In this document: positions 38,001-49,423 of the stretch, one piece after another
How positions within the stretch are numbered: the first letter of the stretch is position 1
How the letters are laid out: every line of letters begins with the position of its first letter
Source of the DNA: Lama glama
Taxonomy: Eukaryota
Direction: 5' to 3'
Length of the DNA stretch: 64,000 nt
NCBI GenBank assembly: GCA_028534125.1
Contig: CM052817.1
Coordinates: 48,920,001 to 48,984,000 of the forward strand
Translations under genes and position numbers: made by a program
Notes under the pieces: model-generated
Told to the model about the DNA's origin: nothing
What the model saw: the letters and a program-made list of their open reading frames with translations, nothing else
The model's database searches: none

Positions 38001-41000
38001 TACTGGAATTATTTTGACAAAGTATAAGAATAGCTTTTAAAGCAATTATAATTTCCTAAAAACAGAGGTTTTATGTGGGGAGTTCCATATTTAAGTATTC
38101 AAAGAAAGGCAGTTTCTATTCTAAAGGTTTTAGAAGGAATGTCTGCTCTGTGTAGGGACATGGTAATAATAACTGTTATTTTTTTTTAGATGTGCCTATA
38201 CTGTGTTCCAAGCATTTTTTAACATAATTTATGTACATATCATCTAATGTAATTCCTCAGGGTCAATATAACTATCTTCATTTTTAGTTGAGGAAACTGT
38301 AGCTTGGAAAGGTTAAGGAATAGTTTGTGAAGTTATGATTGGAATACAAGTTGCTGACTGTAAAGCAGGTGATCTTTCCTTGTGCACCCAACAAACTTCC
38401 CTAGTCTAGAGGATGGGGTACATGACCTCCTATGTGTAGCTTGGAAACCTTTACTTTTGAGACATGTCTATGATGCTATTGGCAAAAAGACGTTGAGTGG
38501 ACAAAGATGTGATACCTCAACTACACTTACACCATTTTAATTTGAAACAAATTTTCTGAGGCTTGTAACTCCTTCAAAATCATTTGGTTAATTGCCCAAC
38601 ACTTACTTATCTTAAACTGTAAGTCCACAAGTTTAACAAGCTAATAGCTGGAAATCAAAGTAACAAAAATAGAGAAAATATATTACTTACTGTAAATTGA
38701 GGGTAAATATCTCACTGGGGTGGAATGAGTTATGTGAACATTGGGAGAAAAAACAGCAATGATATTACGGTTTAGTTGAAATTACAATTTGTGTGAGAAA
38801 TTGTGTGTAGTGCTTATCTTCCACAATGGGCTTATCTTTCTGTTAAGAAAACAAAAGCACTTGCCATAAAAATACACAAAAAGAAAATAGTGCTAGTTGG
38901 TATTAATTTCATTTCAGTTGAATGAAAATTACTTACCTCTGTGGGGACTTCAACTGATTCCTTAGGGGAAGAAAAGAAGAATGCATTTAGCTTTTGAGTT
39001 GTACTAGAGTAGAAGAGGCAATTAATTAAATCTATTTAGGGCCCAAGACACAACTACTGAGAAATCATATATTTTTTTTAGGAATTCAATAAATTAAATA
39101 TTCAGAGCCCTCACTTTGTGCCAAAGCAATAACGTGTGACTGAAAATATGTTTCATTTAGAAGTTTTCATCAATTCTACATTATTCATACAATATCAAAT
39201 GCCTATGGAGTGAAGGCAGGTGACAAAAAAAATTACACAGTAGGCCTGATGAGACGTGTGGCACACTAAATCCTGTGCACCTGTTCTAGAGGACACAGTG
39301 CTTATTTGTAAGAGGCCATTGGCTGCCTGTTGAAGATAAAAGAGTAAAGCAGGTTTCCTAGGTACTGAGTAGGAAGACTTCTGGCTGTGCCTCAGGACAC
39401 AAGGCTCTGGACCTCGGCTGTGCTCCATCCTTTCCCAGGCGCCTTTTCCTGCCGTGCTTATTGCTTGGCTATTTCTACCACAGCATGTCTTTCTTGTTCC
39501 AGTGACCTATACGTTTTAATCCATTCCCTCAGTCACCTCCCTTAAACAAGATGGTCTCAAATTTTAAAGTGCATCAGAATGCCCAGGTGATGCTAATACT
39601 GCTAGCTGAGAAATAGCACGTGGAGAACCATTGCCCTGAGCAATACTGAGGTGTTTCAGGCTGAAACCACGTTGAAGGCAATTGGTAGGCTCTTGATTTG
39701 ACTGGCTTGATTTAAAATGCACTTTCCCCTGGAGGCAGATATCTGATTTTGCTGTCAGGAACACCAGTGCACACCATGGTATAGAGAGTCACTTTGAATC
39801 TCCCCAAAACTACATCAGGTTTGGGTAAATGATTTCTCCGGTGCTCACACTATTTGCGACGTCAACAAATTAATCCACGCTTTGCTGAAAATCTAGTTTT
39901 TAGTGAACTTGCTATTTGATGTTAAAAGAAAAAGTCTCTTACTGAGCTAGGATATTTCCTGAAAAATAATAATATATATAATAAAAATCTGGTGACCAGA
40001 AGACATGCCAGCATAATTCTTTGAATATTAGTGGCTATTTGGAATATGTCTCAGGTTACACACACTAGCATGATAAGTTAAAAAGATTGACATAAAAGCA
40101 ATGCAACCAGGTTTCTTGGCTGTTTGTTATTAATCACCTTTGGAAAACAAGTGAAAGAAGTAAAAATGATCCTATAATTAAATGTAGCAGGCTTAGGAGA
40201 CTATAGATCATACTATATATCCAGTTAGGTGGATATTACTAAAGTGGGCAGGAAAAATGGTCATTTTTGAGCAACTTATAAATCTCTTTCCAGTTTATGA
40301 AAAGAGGAAATTTACAGATGTCCCCATATGCTATCAATAGTGTTATAGGAATATGTATCAGTAATATGAATCAAAAATTCTTCAAAATAAATAAAAATTT
40401 CTCACCACTTCCTTTATGTTCCTTACAGCTTCCTTAAAAGAGAGAAGAAAAAGAATTAGATCTATTATTGCCACAGCATTACTTAGAATGTTTTCTCCCG
40501 AGTATAAAGGGACATTTCCATCTCCCATAAAGAAAAGCACTAGAATGGATTCATTTTCATTGTCTGAGTTTTGTAATGAATTATATTAGCATTTCTGCTT
40601 TGGTGGTAAACGTACAACCAGAGGTATTCACTGTCATTTATTGTATCTATTGTTGCATCCCAGAGGCGACCATATTTGTATTGTGTCCCTGGAGACTAGG
40701 ATAGTATCGGGGACATAGTTCTTGTTGAATAAATGCTGTCAAGTGAATTAACGAATACACAAGATAAATTTAGGCAATTCATGGATAAGCTTTTCTTCTT
40801 CATTTTAATGGTCATTATTTGTTTTGTTGTGTATTCAGAAAAATACCTCACTAAGCCAATTAACATCTTTTGGAAGTAAATAGCTATTGTTTCTGTGATA
40901 AACAGATTGATTTAAGTTAATCAATTTTAAGAAAAATACTCCAATAGGAAAGAATTTAAAAAAGGAAAAAAATGTTAAGTTTGAAGCGTTAAGAATGAAA

Positions 41001-43287
41001 ATGTTTAGTTGGAGACTGAGAATTAATCTAAAGGAAAACTTCTTCATTCCTCATAGGATCTGGGAATCAAATATATTAGCTGCTTCGTGCAAAGATATAT
41101 TTTCTTCATTTGAATTATTCATAGAATTAAGAGATGAAGATATAATTTGGTCTCATTCTTTAAAGATAATTTTAGTTTTCAAATTTGATTGACTTGAAAT
41201 GTGCTTTCCAAATCCAGGTTAATTTCAATTCTGTTCGAAGTACTATAATATTTTACTTCACATTATACTACAGATATGAAATGAATATTTACCTCACAAA
41301 ACGTGGAGCAGATGTCCTCCTGAAAGAAAGCAAAACCAAGAAGGATATAGCATTTACTGAAATGCAGTATTATATTCTTGAGCATGAAGAGATAGAAAAT
41401 AAAATACTATTTTGTGAACAAAAAGATTACAAAATTAGGGGAAAAGAAGCAAAGGTGATGAACCATTTCAAAGATAATCTGCTTTAACAGTGAGGCTCAA
41501 AAATGGCTCACAAATCTTTTCCTTTCATGTTAGTCTGTAGCATTTTGTCAAAACAATAAAAACATCACCATTTTCACAACTATAGTTAAAAATGATACTT
41601 ATTTGGAATGAATGAGAAAGTGACCCATGTTTTATAGATAAAGATGTGTCATCAATCAAGATGGATAGAGTAATAACTTTACCTTGCTGGGATGAATGGC
41701 CACCTTCTTTACCTGCTTTAATTTCTATAAAATAAATAAATTTATTTTATAATTTTTATTAAATGAAGGAAGTTAAAATATATTTAATTTAAGAATTTAG
41801 GACTTACTTGCTGAGAGACGTTGATAGATTCCTTAGAAAAAGAAAGACAATATTATTTATTTACCTAAATTGTATTCATACTAGTTTAGTAAAGTATCAG
41901 TCCACAACCATTATCCATTGCGTAAATGACTTACATCTTTACTTGAATTACACAACAAGTTAACCAAAGTTTCATTTCCTTTATTAAATTAACTTATATT
42001 TCATATAACTAACTCATTCCACACTGTGCTTTTGGGCTGTGAATAACTGAATCAAAGCTTTCCCAAATATCATCAACAGAGAAGAAAGGAAAGATTTCCC
42101 ACTTCTTCTGTAAAATTTCCAATTTTCTTTTTCTTTTTTTTTATTATTATCTTTTTTCTTTTGTCATTTTAAGAGATTAAATACATCATAGGAAAACAAG
42201 AAAATGCTTAGGTGACGCTGAAATTGTCTGTGGGCCTCTGTTAGGCACCCATGGCCAGGAAGTCATTTGGAAAGTAGCATCTAATAAGGAACAGCATGAG
42301 TCCTTATTGCAGAAACACAATTGATTGCTGTCACTCTCTCACAAAATGTTCATCATGACTTCTGAACTAATACCATTAATATGAGAGACGTCTAGGAAAA
42401 AACGCACAAATTTACTCTTGGTGATTTGAGTGTGTAGGCTTTTGGTCTTTACTCACCCCTATATATTTTTTTTATGATTGTGCTTCCAATTTTCTCTGAC
42501 TCTGTACCTCTAGACTTACTGGTGATAAAACTATTATAAAAGTGATAGTTCAGGGAATATTATGTTTTTACTAGGTGAAAGGGTTTTATATTTATACTAA
42601 AGTATCTTACCTCACTGGAGGAGCCCTGATCCATCTCCTATATAAGAAACAAAAACAAATATAAGCTTCAGTTTTATGGTAGGTTTAAAATGTCAAGCTG
42701 TCTCACTGAGTTTTTTTGTTGTTGTTGTTGTTTGTATTTGTTTTCATTTTTGTGGTTTTTGTTCTTGTTTTGGTGGCCGGGGCTTTTAGAATTCTGTTTC
42801 TGGGAATGTGTAGGGTTTAGTTGAATTCTTTTCATTATTATTGGAATAGTATAGAAGCTTATAATATTAAAAAGCAAATAATTCTGTACTTCAAATAAAT
42901 CCTTCTTAATGCTTAATATATTTCTTACTTTTAGAAAGTGGTTCTTGGGGTGAAAAGAGTTCCCAGGTACATTCAAACAGATATAGAAGAAAGGGTATGC
43001 CATTTAACCTATAACTAAAGGTTGTCCAACCCTACAAGGAAAACACTTAGTAAAAAGTATTTTTTGTCCACCTTGATATCTTGTATAAGGCAGGGCCGGT
43101 GCCATCTTTGATTATAAAAGTTCACACACTTAGTCTCTCTTCCCTGCTGCCTACCCTTGCCATTGTCTGCATAAAAGATTCACTCTTCTAATATTCAAAT
43201 AACAGGAGATATTTATAAATATCTTATTATACTTACATGCTTTGCAAGAGCAACAGCCAAAAGGCAGGTAAAAATGAAAAACTTCAT
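32006..43287 (-). CDS. CSN1S2: Alpha-s2-casein precursor, 202 aa (15-aa signal + 187-aa mature), 15 coding exons
   Basis: All exons have AG/GT boundaries and phase 0: 43237-43287 MKFFIFTCLLAVALAKH; 42611-42637 EMDQGSSSE; 41808-41831 ESINVSQQ; 41683-41724 KLKQVKKVAIHPSK; 41293-41319 EDICSTFCE; 40406-40432 EAVRNIKEV; 38937-38960 ESVEVPTE; 37120-37248 NKISQFYQKWKFLQYLQALHQGQIVMNPWDQGKTMVYPFIPTV; 36592-36618 NTEQLSISE; 35862-35885 ESTEVPTE; 35223-35249 ENSKKTVDT; 33893-33916 ESTEVFTK; 33757-33801 KTELTEEEKDHQKFL; 32800-32898 NKIYQYYQTFLWPEYLKTVYQYQKTMTPWNHIK; 32006-32017 RYF*. Matches recalled camelid alpha-s2-casein. Confidence 0.97.
35629..35652 (-). pseudogene. Silenced CSN1S2 24-nt exon (ESANFSQE), acceptor AG changed to CG
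   Basis: ttttttttacg|GAA TCT GCC AAC TTC TCT CAG GAA|gtcaaa; paralogous to exon 4 (GAA TCT ATC AAC GTC TCT CAG CAA). Confidence 0.7.
38803..38839 (-). pseudogene. Silenced CSN1S2 exon (KDKPIVEDKHY...), donor site deleted
   Basis: Acceptor ttcttaacag is intact; reads AAA GAT AAG CCC ATT GTG GAA GAT AAG CAC TAC, similar to the bovine EVKITVDDKHYQKAL exon, then runs into intron-like aatttctcacacaaatt with no GT. Confidence 0.8.
39943..39958 (-). pseudogene. Probable remnant of the CSN1S2 EYSIGSSSE-type exon (16 nt, frame-breaking)
   Basis: atttttcag|GAAATATCCTAGCTCA|gtaaga, located between the EAVRNIKEV and ESVEVPTE exons, where cattle and pig have an extra Ser-rich exon. Confidence 0.5.
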
Positions 43288-44152
43288 GTTTACTTAATCC
43301 TGTGGAACAGATATGGAGCTGATCAATAATAGTTTTACTCTTTTTGAAATCACGTATTTCCTCATTAATTATATATTAATTTATATTTGTACCAAATAAT
43401 TGGGAAAGGGAAATGAAGACTGATAAAAGCAGGTTCACTGAGAAACACATGGATATGAATATGACAAGTTCTTTATAAGGAGAAATTAACACAACATAAT
43501 GTAAAATCTTGGTTTCTAAACTGTGGGAGGTCCTTTCGGGCCTAGCAAGTTAGTAGGGTTATTGACCCTATGTATAAGTGGTTAATTAATTGACTAATTA
43601 ATTTAAGGAACATTTGCTACTATGCCAGGTACTCTTCCAGACGTGAAGATACAGTAATGAAAAAATTTATTTATTTTTTCTAATTTATATATTATTTATA
43701 TATTATTGACATACGCATATTATTTACAACTCTTCTTTAATCTTGTGGAGAATGACTATCAGAAATGCAAAATACAAGAGGAACTAATTTTTAAATCAGA
43801 TTTCAGGTGAGCCAAAACATGGAGTCTGGCTTCCTCATAAGGAGAAGAATTAGCAGGTAGAAATAATACTGTGTCAGGTACAAGGAGAATTGCTGATCCC
43901 AGCTCAACTTAGGACAGGCTGCTGAATCTTGAGGGAGTCAATAGTTTCCAACATCTATACGTTAATTGTATTCAGAAGCACTGAAAAGGAGGTAAATCAG
44001 TAGCTACCAAACAATTAGTTATCAAACAATCTCTCAATGCATCTTAAGGTACACTGACTAGTTTCTTTAAAAATACGTTTTGGAGAAATGTTATTAAGTT
44101 TTACAAAATCATAAGTTATATAGAACAACAGGAAGATAAATGAAAATATTAC

Positions 44153-44196
44153 CTTATTTCCTGAAGGGAAGACAAGTAGTCCAGGCAGTGGGAGAT
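44153..44196 (-). other. CSN1S2: CSN1S2 non-coding exon 1 (~44 nt)
   Basis: ATCTCCCACTGCCTGGACTACTTGTCTTCCCTTCAGGAAATAAG|gtaat, lying ~20-28 nt downstream of TTTAAATA. Exon 2 is 43237-43299 (63 nt, as in Ca-sensitive caseins). The TSS is approximate. Confidence 0.88.
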
Positions 44197-44350
44197 CAGA
44201 GATGGGTTGTGGTGCTATTTAAATCTTGTTCCTCCATAATATGGTAACTCTGTGGTTTGAAATACCTAAAAAAGAATTCAAATTCTAAGAAGTCATGACA
44301 ATTAGAATTGTTTTCCCATCCAATTTTTGTACCACATATTCCAAGGAATG
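44197..44350 (-). promoter_or_regulatory. CSN1S2 proximal promoter: casein-type TATA box and STAT5 GAS site
   Basis: TTTAAATA at 44216-44223 (minus strand); TTCTAAGAA (TTCN3GAA) at 44283-44291, ~90 bp upstream of the TSS, the usual prolactin/STAT5 position in Ca-sensitive casein promoters; TTCCAAGGAA (N4) at 44339-44348. Confidence 0.85.
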
Positions 44351-44779
44351 CTTCTACTCAGGTTGATTTAGAACATGATTATAAGAAATGAGGATTTTAT
44401 AGTGTGTAGGAATTATTTATAGTTCGTGTTTGTGTGGCTAACCTCTGCTATGTACCAGCTGTGTGGTTCAGGATTTTTTTTTTTCCTAGAAGTACCTCAA
44501 TGTGTCTTTTAGTCTAAAACACTTTAAACAAATATCTAAAGTGATATTTTTGGATGTGTTAATTAAAATTTCATTAATACATGAAAACATGCATTTTTCA
44601 TATTCATTGCTTACCATTTGCCAACACTAAAAATATGGTTAGCCATATGCAAGTCTATATGATAAAATGGGAAACTCAGCTCTCATATTAGTTAGTAGTA
44701 ACTTTCATAAACATTTACTTTCTTAACTTCTCTCAGTAGTTTCCCAATCGGTAATAATATTCATATTTAATTGTGGGTT

Positions 44780-45987
44780 TGTCACCAGCTGTGAGTTTTC
44801 GCCGGCAGAAGTCCCACAGAGATGGAATGAATTACTCGAGACTCTGTGGAAAAAGCCAAGAGAGCGAGAGGGAGTCGGGAGTCAACTCCACGAACCTCTC
44901 AAATGCTCCCACATTTATTGTGTACAATCAAAGGAGAAATCACTGACAGTTATGTGACCCGGAATGCAGGAATTTAGGGAAAGACAGGGTGGGATCAAGA
45001 TTGTTCGGTTTGGCTCAAGGTCAGAAGACCCTTTATGTTTTGGTAAATCATGTTCGTGTTGACATCAGTGAGCCTTACAGCTTATCAGGGTGGAATGTAT
45101 GAGAAGCAGCTGCTTAACGTTTTTCTTGGACTCAGGTGGCTGTGCCTGTCTTAGGTTGCCCCCCTCTGGGGATCTTACCCGTCATTGGCTAACCAGCCTT
45201 CTCACCTCTGAGTCTGCAGTTTTTTATAACTTGTTTACCATTCCAGCCCAAGACTCGTTCCTTTGGGGGCCTACAGTTTACCTTTAGGGAAGTCATGGGA
45301 AGAGGGGAGCAAGATACATTCTTATAGATATGTTGAAGCAGACCACCAGACCAGCCAGTTCCTTGCTTTGGGGACAGAAGACTATCTAANNNNNNNNNNN
45401 NNNNNNNNNNNNNNNNNNNNNNNNNNNNNNNNNNNNNNNNNNNNNNNNNNNNNNNNNNNNNNNNNNNNNNNNNNNNNNNNNNNNNNNNNNNNNNNNNNNN
45501 NNNNNNNNNNNNNNNNNNNNNNNNNNNNNNNNNNNNNNNNNNNNNNNNNNNNNNNNNNNNNNNNNNNNNNNNNNNNNNNNNNNNNNNNNNNNNNNNNNNN
45601 NNNNNNNNNNNNNNNNNNNNNNNNNNNNNNNNNNNNNNNNNNNNNNNNNNNNNNNNNNNNNNNNNNNNNNNNNNNNNNNNNNNNNNNNNNNNNNNNNNNN
45701 NNNNNNNNNNNNNNNNNNNNNNNNNNNNNNNNNNNNNNNNNNNNNNNNNNNNNNNNNNNNNNNNNNNNNNNNNNNNNNNNNNNNNNNNNNNNNNNNNNNN
45801 NNNNNNNNNNNNNNNNNNNNNNNNNNNNNNNNNNNNNNNNNNNNNNNNNNNNNNNNNNNNNNNNNNNNNNNNNNNNNNNNNNNNNNNNNCAGTCTAGGTT
45901 TAAGGAAAAGAAGGCATCATGGGGACTGTAGTGTGGCCTTCCTGAAAGTGTCAGCCAGGTAATACTCAGCTCCAGTCAATTTTGACA
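44780..45987 (-). mobile_element. ERV LTR-like element upstream of CSN1S2, interrupted by an assembly gap
   Basis: GC-richer block with TGTCA...TGACA termini, a minus-strand AATAAA near 44914-44919 and several retained CpGs. Boundaries are approximate and no TSD is clear. Confidence 0.65.
45390..45889. other. Assembly gap (500 N)
   Basis: Run of N bases. Confidence 1.
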
Positions 45988-48900
45988 TGTAACACCCAAG
46001 CCCCATTGTCATCAAATCTTCCATCTTTTAGGGTAAGCTGAGTGTTTCATTATTTATTTGGGATATTTTTGTATGTTGACTGTCAATAAATTAAAATTGT
46101 TTAAAAATATGGTGTCTGCAGACAAAACCCAAGCCCAGCTAAATTTTGCCCAAGTTTGCTGGGCAATTTGAGCCAATTTGAGACCTTTGGAGAAAATGTT
46201 AGTTTCTAAGTGCATGTAATTATTGGGAAATGAATCAGGATGTGCCAGGAATTATTCTAACCATCCAGAAGAAAGCCATAAGTGAAAGAAAAATCTCTTC
46301 TTTCATGGAGCTTATATTTTAACTGGCTGAGAGAGATGAACCCATGATACATAGTAAATTGTTGGTGTGATCATGTTTCATGCTAAGGAGAAAGCTGAAT
46401 TGTAGAAAGCGAATGGGAAGTATTGGTTGGGATAAGGTGTTCACAGCTGGATAGTGTGAACAGGAACTTTTCCCCTAGCAAAAGAGCAAAAACTCGAAGA
46501 AAGTAAATCTTGCAGGTAGTTCAGAAAGAACCCATTTACAGAGGCCCTGATTTATGAGTCTGCCTGGCAAGTCTGAGAAATACTGGATAGACCAGTGTGA
46601 AATAGTGAATTTGGTGGAAACAAAGTCAGAGAAGCAAATGGGACCAATAATATAGGGTTCTCTGGTAATGAAAGGACTTTAAGAAAACAATGACATTGAT
46701 TGGAAACTGATGTCAAATAGAAGATACCTTAAGGGGTCAAGGGAAGAGACATGAACCGTTTAGAGCCTACTATAGTAGTCTAGATATGTGATTGTGCCAG
46801 TAGAGGGGATGGTTAAGAATTGTAATATTCTAGACATACTCTGAAACTTAGAGAAGATAGAATTTAATAACTTAGAGGTAAAGTGAGAGAGAAAGGAAAA
46901 GGTCAATAATTATTCCAGAGTTTGGGCTTGATCACCTGGAATAATGTAGTTACTATTTACTGAGACAGCAAAGATGGAGAGAGGAGCTGGTTTAGGGGGA
47001 AAAATTAGGAGCTTAGTTTATAAAAGTTAAGTTTGAAATGCTCATTGGAAATTTAAGTTAGAATGTAGAGTAAACATTGTATAGCACTTGACTGCCTAAT
47101 GGGATTAATGAAAATATTAAAGAAAAGACCAAAGGCAGACTTTTATCAAAATTAGCTAGCCTCATAACTTCTTATGCAACTGGTGTACAGCTAATATGAG
47201 GATGAAAAAAGAGGAACTTTTTACCACAGTGAGATGTAAAAGGCCTGAAGTAGATGAGTTCTGTAGGATGCAAATAAAAAGAAAGTCCTATAATATATGA
47301 AGCCCCATACTATTTCAGTGGGTATATAGTTGATGTCATATGTTTAATACATTACAATAATTATATCCATAGTTCATCAACACACTTACCTGTATACAGG
47401 AACTTCCTTAAGTGTAAGAACCAGGTAGTCCAGAAAGAAGATAATGTGTGGAGGTGTTTGTGTGAAATTGAGGGAATTGAGAGTTAGGACATAAGCAAAC
47501 AAAAAGATCAACAGCCCTCTGAGAATAAAAATAAAACTTGAATACAGGTTGATAAGAGCTAGAAATAATTTAAGAAATGCCAATTATCATTAAAAGTGTT
47601 AATAATTGATTACAGTTTTGGCTTATTGGAAATAACATTGTAACTTTCATGAATTTCTAAGTCTGAAAGGAAGTGGTCTCTGGTAGAAAAAACATCAAAT
47701 TTATGTGAGCTATGAAGAATGACTTAGGAGAACTGTATCTAACCATTTTTTTCTAAAAAAAGTTTAATTCAATATAGTTTTGATATGTTTTGAGAAATCT
47801 ATGAATGCAATTTTATTAAAACACAAAACATACAGTTACCTCTAATTTTAATGTCAAAATGTTCCTCTATTACATAGAAAACATCCTTTTAAACTAAATG
47901 TCTGATATCTATTGGAATAGCTATATGCATGTGTAGTAAGGTAAAATTACAATGAGCCCTGTGCCACTATCATGATTAAACATGGGACTGATACAGATCA
48001 TTGGGTGATTTGTATATTAAACTAGTGATTTCTATTTAAAGATTATTATTATAAAGCTAATAGTGTAAATAGATGTTTCTCCATTTCGAAAGAGCAAGAG
48101 TTTCTTAAATTCAAATATTTGCTTTTCTGATAGGTTCATTAAACTGTTTTTTTCTTCTTTTCTATTATACCCTCCTTCTTTTCCATGCCATATGAGGTGG
48201 TAAATGATGGTTTCATAACTCATTTGTAGTTTTAAACTAAGAATAGAGCATGTGTTAGTATTTAGAGTATTGCCACTAATCATGTATGACTTTCTCAGTA
48301 ACTGAATACAAGAAAGTTCCTCTAAGTTTACCAGAAGAGGAAGAGAGATCCAGGGAAGTCATGTGATGAGTATAAAGACACAGTTGGACTCAAGTCAGGA
48401 AATACTGGCTTTTATTCCAGTGATTTTTATATTCAAGAGTACTCTGTCACCCCACTTCTTTACTGAGTAATCTTTTTCAATTTTGATTTTTGAGCCAAAT
48501 ACATCTTGGTGTGTGTGAATGAAAATATATTTGGTCAATTTCAGGAAATTTTGTAGTCTAACTTGAGGAAAATATTTATGTGAGAAGTATTAATAGACAA
48601 CATGTAGATGAATATAAATGTAGTCTAAAACACAAATATATTAGATACTGTTAATTAATAAGAATTGGACCTCATCAGTGTAGTTAATAAGAATTTATTA
48701 TCCAGATTTTTTATGTGCTTATAGATATGGCAATCACGAGAATTAGAATAAAGGTAGTGTATACAAACTCAATTTTAACTAAAATAAAATGAAGTAGATA
48801 TGATAAAGTAGTAATAGTTCATTCTTTGTCAAATGTGATCATTCTATGTGCTAAAGCATTGTGACACTAGTGATATAAAGAAAATTTAGATTATATTCCC

Positions 48901-49287
48901 TTATTTCAAGTGTTTTTGTAATAAACTTATATGAGATAAGTTGACAAAAATGTTGTGATGGGAATATATTCAAAAGTCAAAATGTTTTGAGAATATCAAA
49001 AAGGAAACTTCTTAATGATGGAAATTAAAATGTAAAAAGAAGGCAAAATTTAATACGGGAATAAAATAGAAAAGTTCATGTATATCTTAAAAACAATAAA
49101 TAATCTTTCCAATAGATCATTTTGTTAGCAAAGAAATAACATACACATAAATTCTGAATTTATCTTAAGGTTAAAAATACAATTAATTATGGCAAAGTAC
49201 ATATTAGACTTCCAGGTAATAAATAAGGTTTTAGGTACTCAAACAGTAAGCTAGTAACTTTCATTCTTCATTGGAGATTGTCCTTTT

Positions 49288-49423
49288 TCTTTGTTTTTTT
49301 AAGATATTTATTTATTTATTCATTCATTTATTTTGAGGGGTGGTTAATGGAGGTACTGGGGATTGAACCTAGGACCTCTTGCATGCTAAGCACATACTCT
49401 ACCATTAGCTACACTCTCACCCC
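49288..49423 (-). mobile_element. Camelid tRNA-derived SINE
   Basis: gaggtactggggattgaacctaggacctc core; TSD tgtcctttt on both sides. Confidence 0.85.

Noticed and set aside
45263..45931. 222-aa ORF, the longest in the track
   Set aside because: It is an artefact of reading through 500 N bases.
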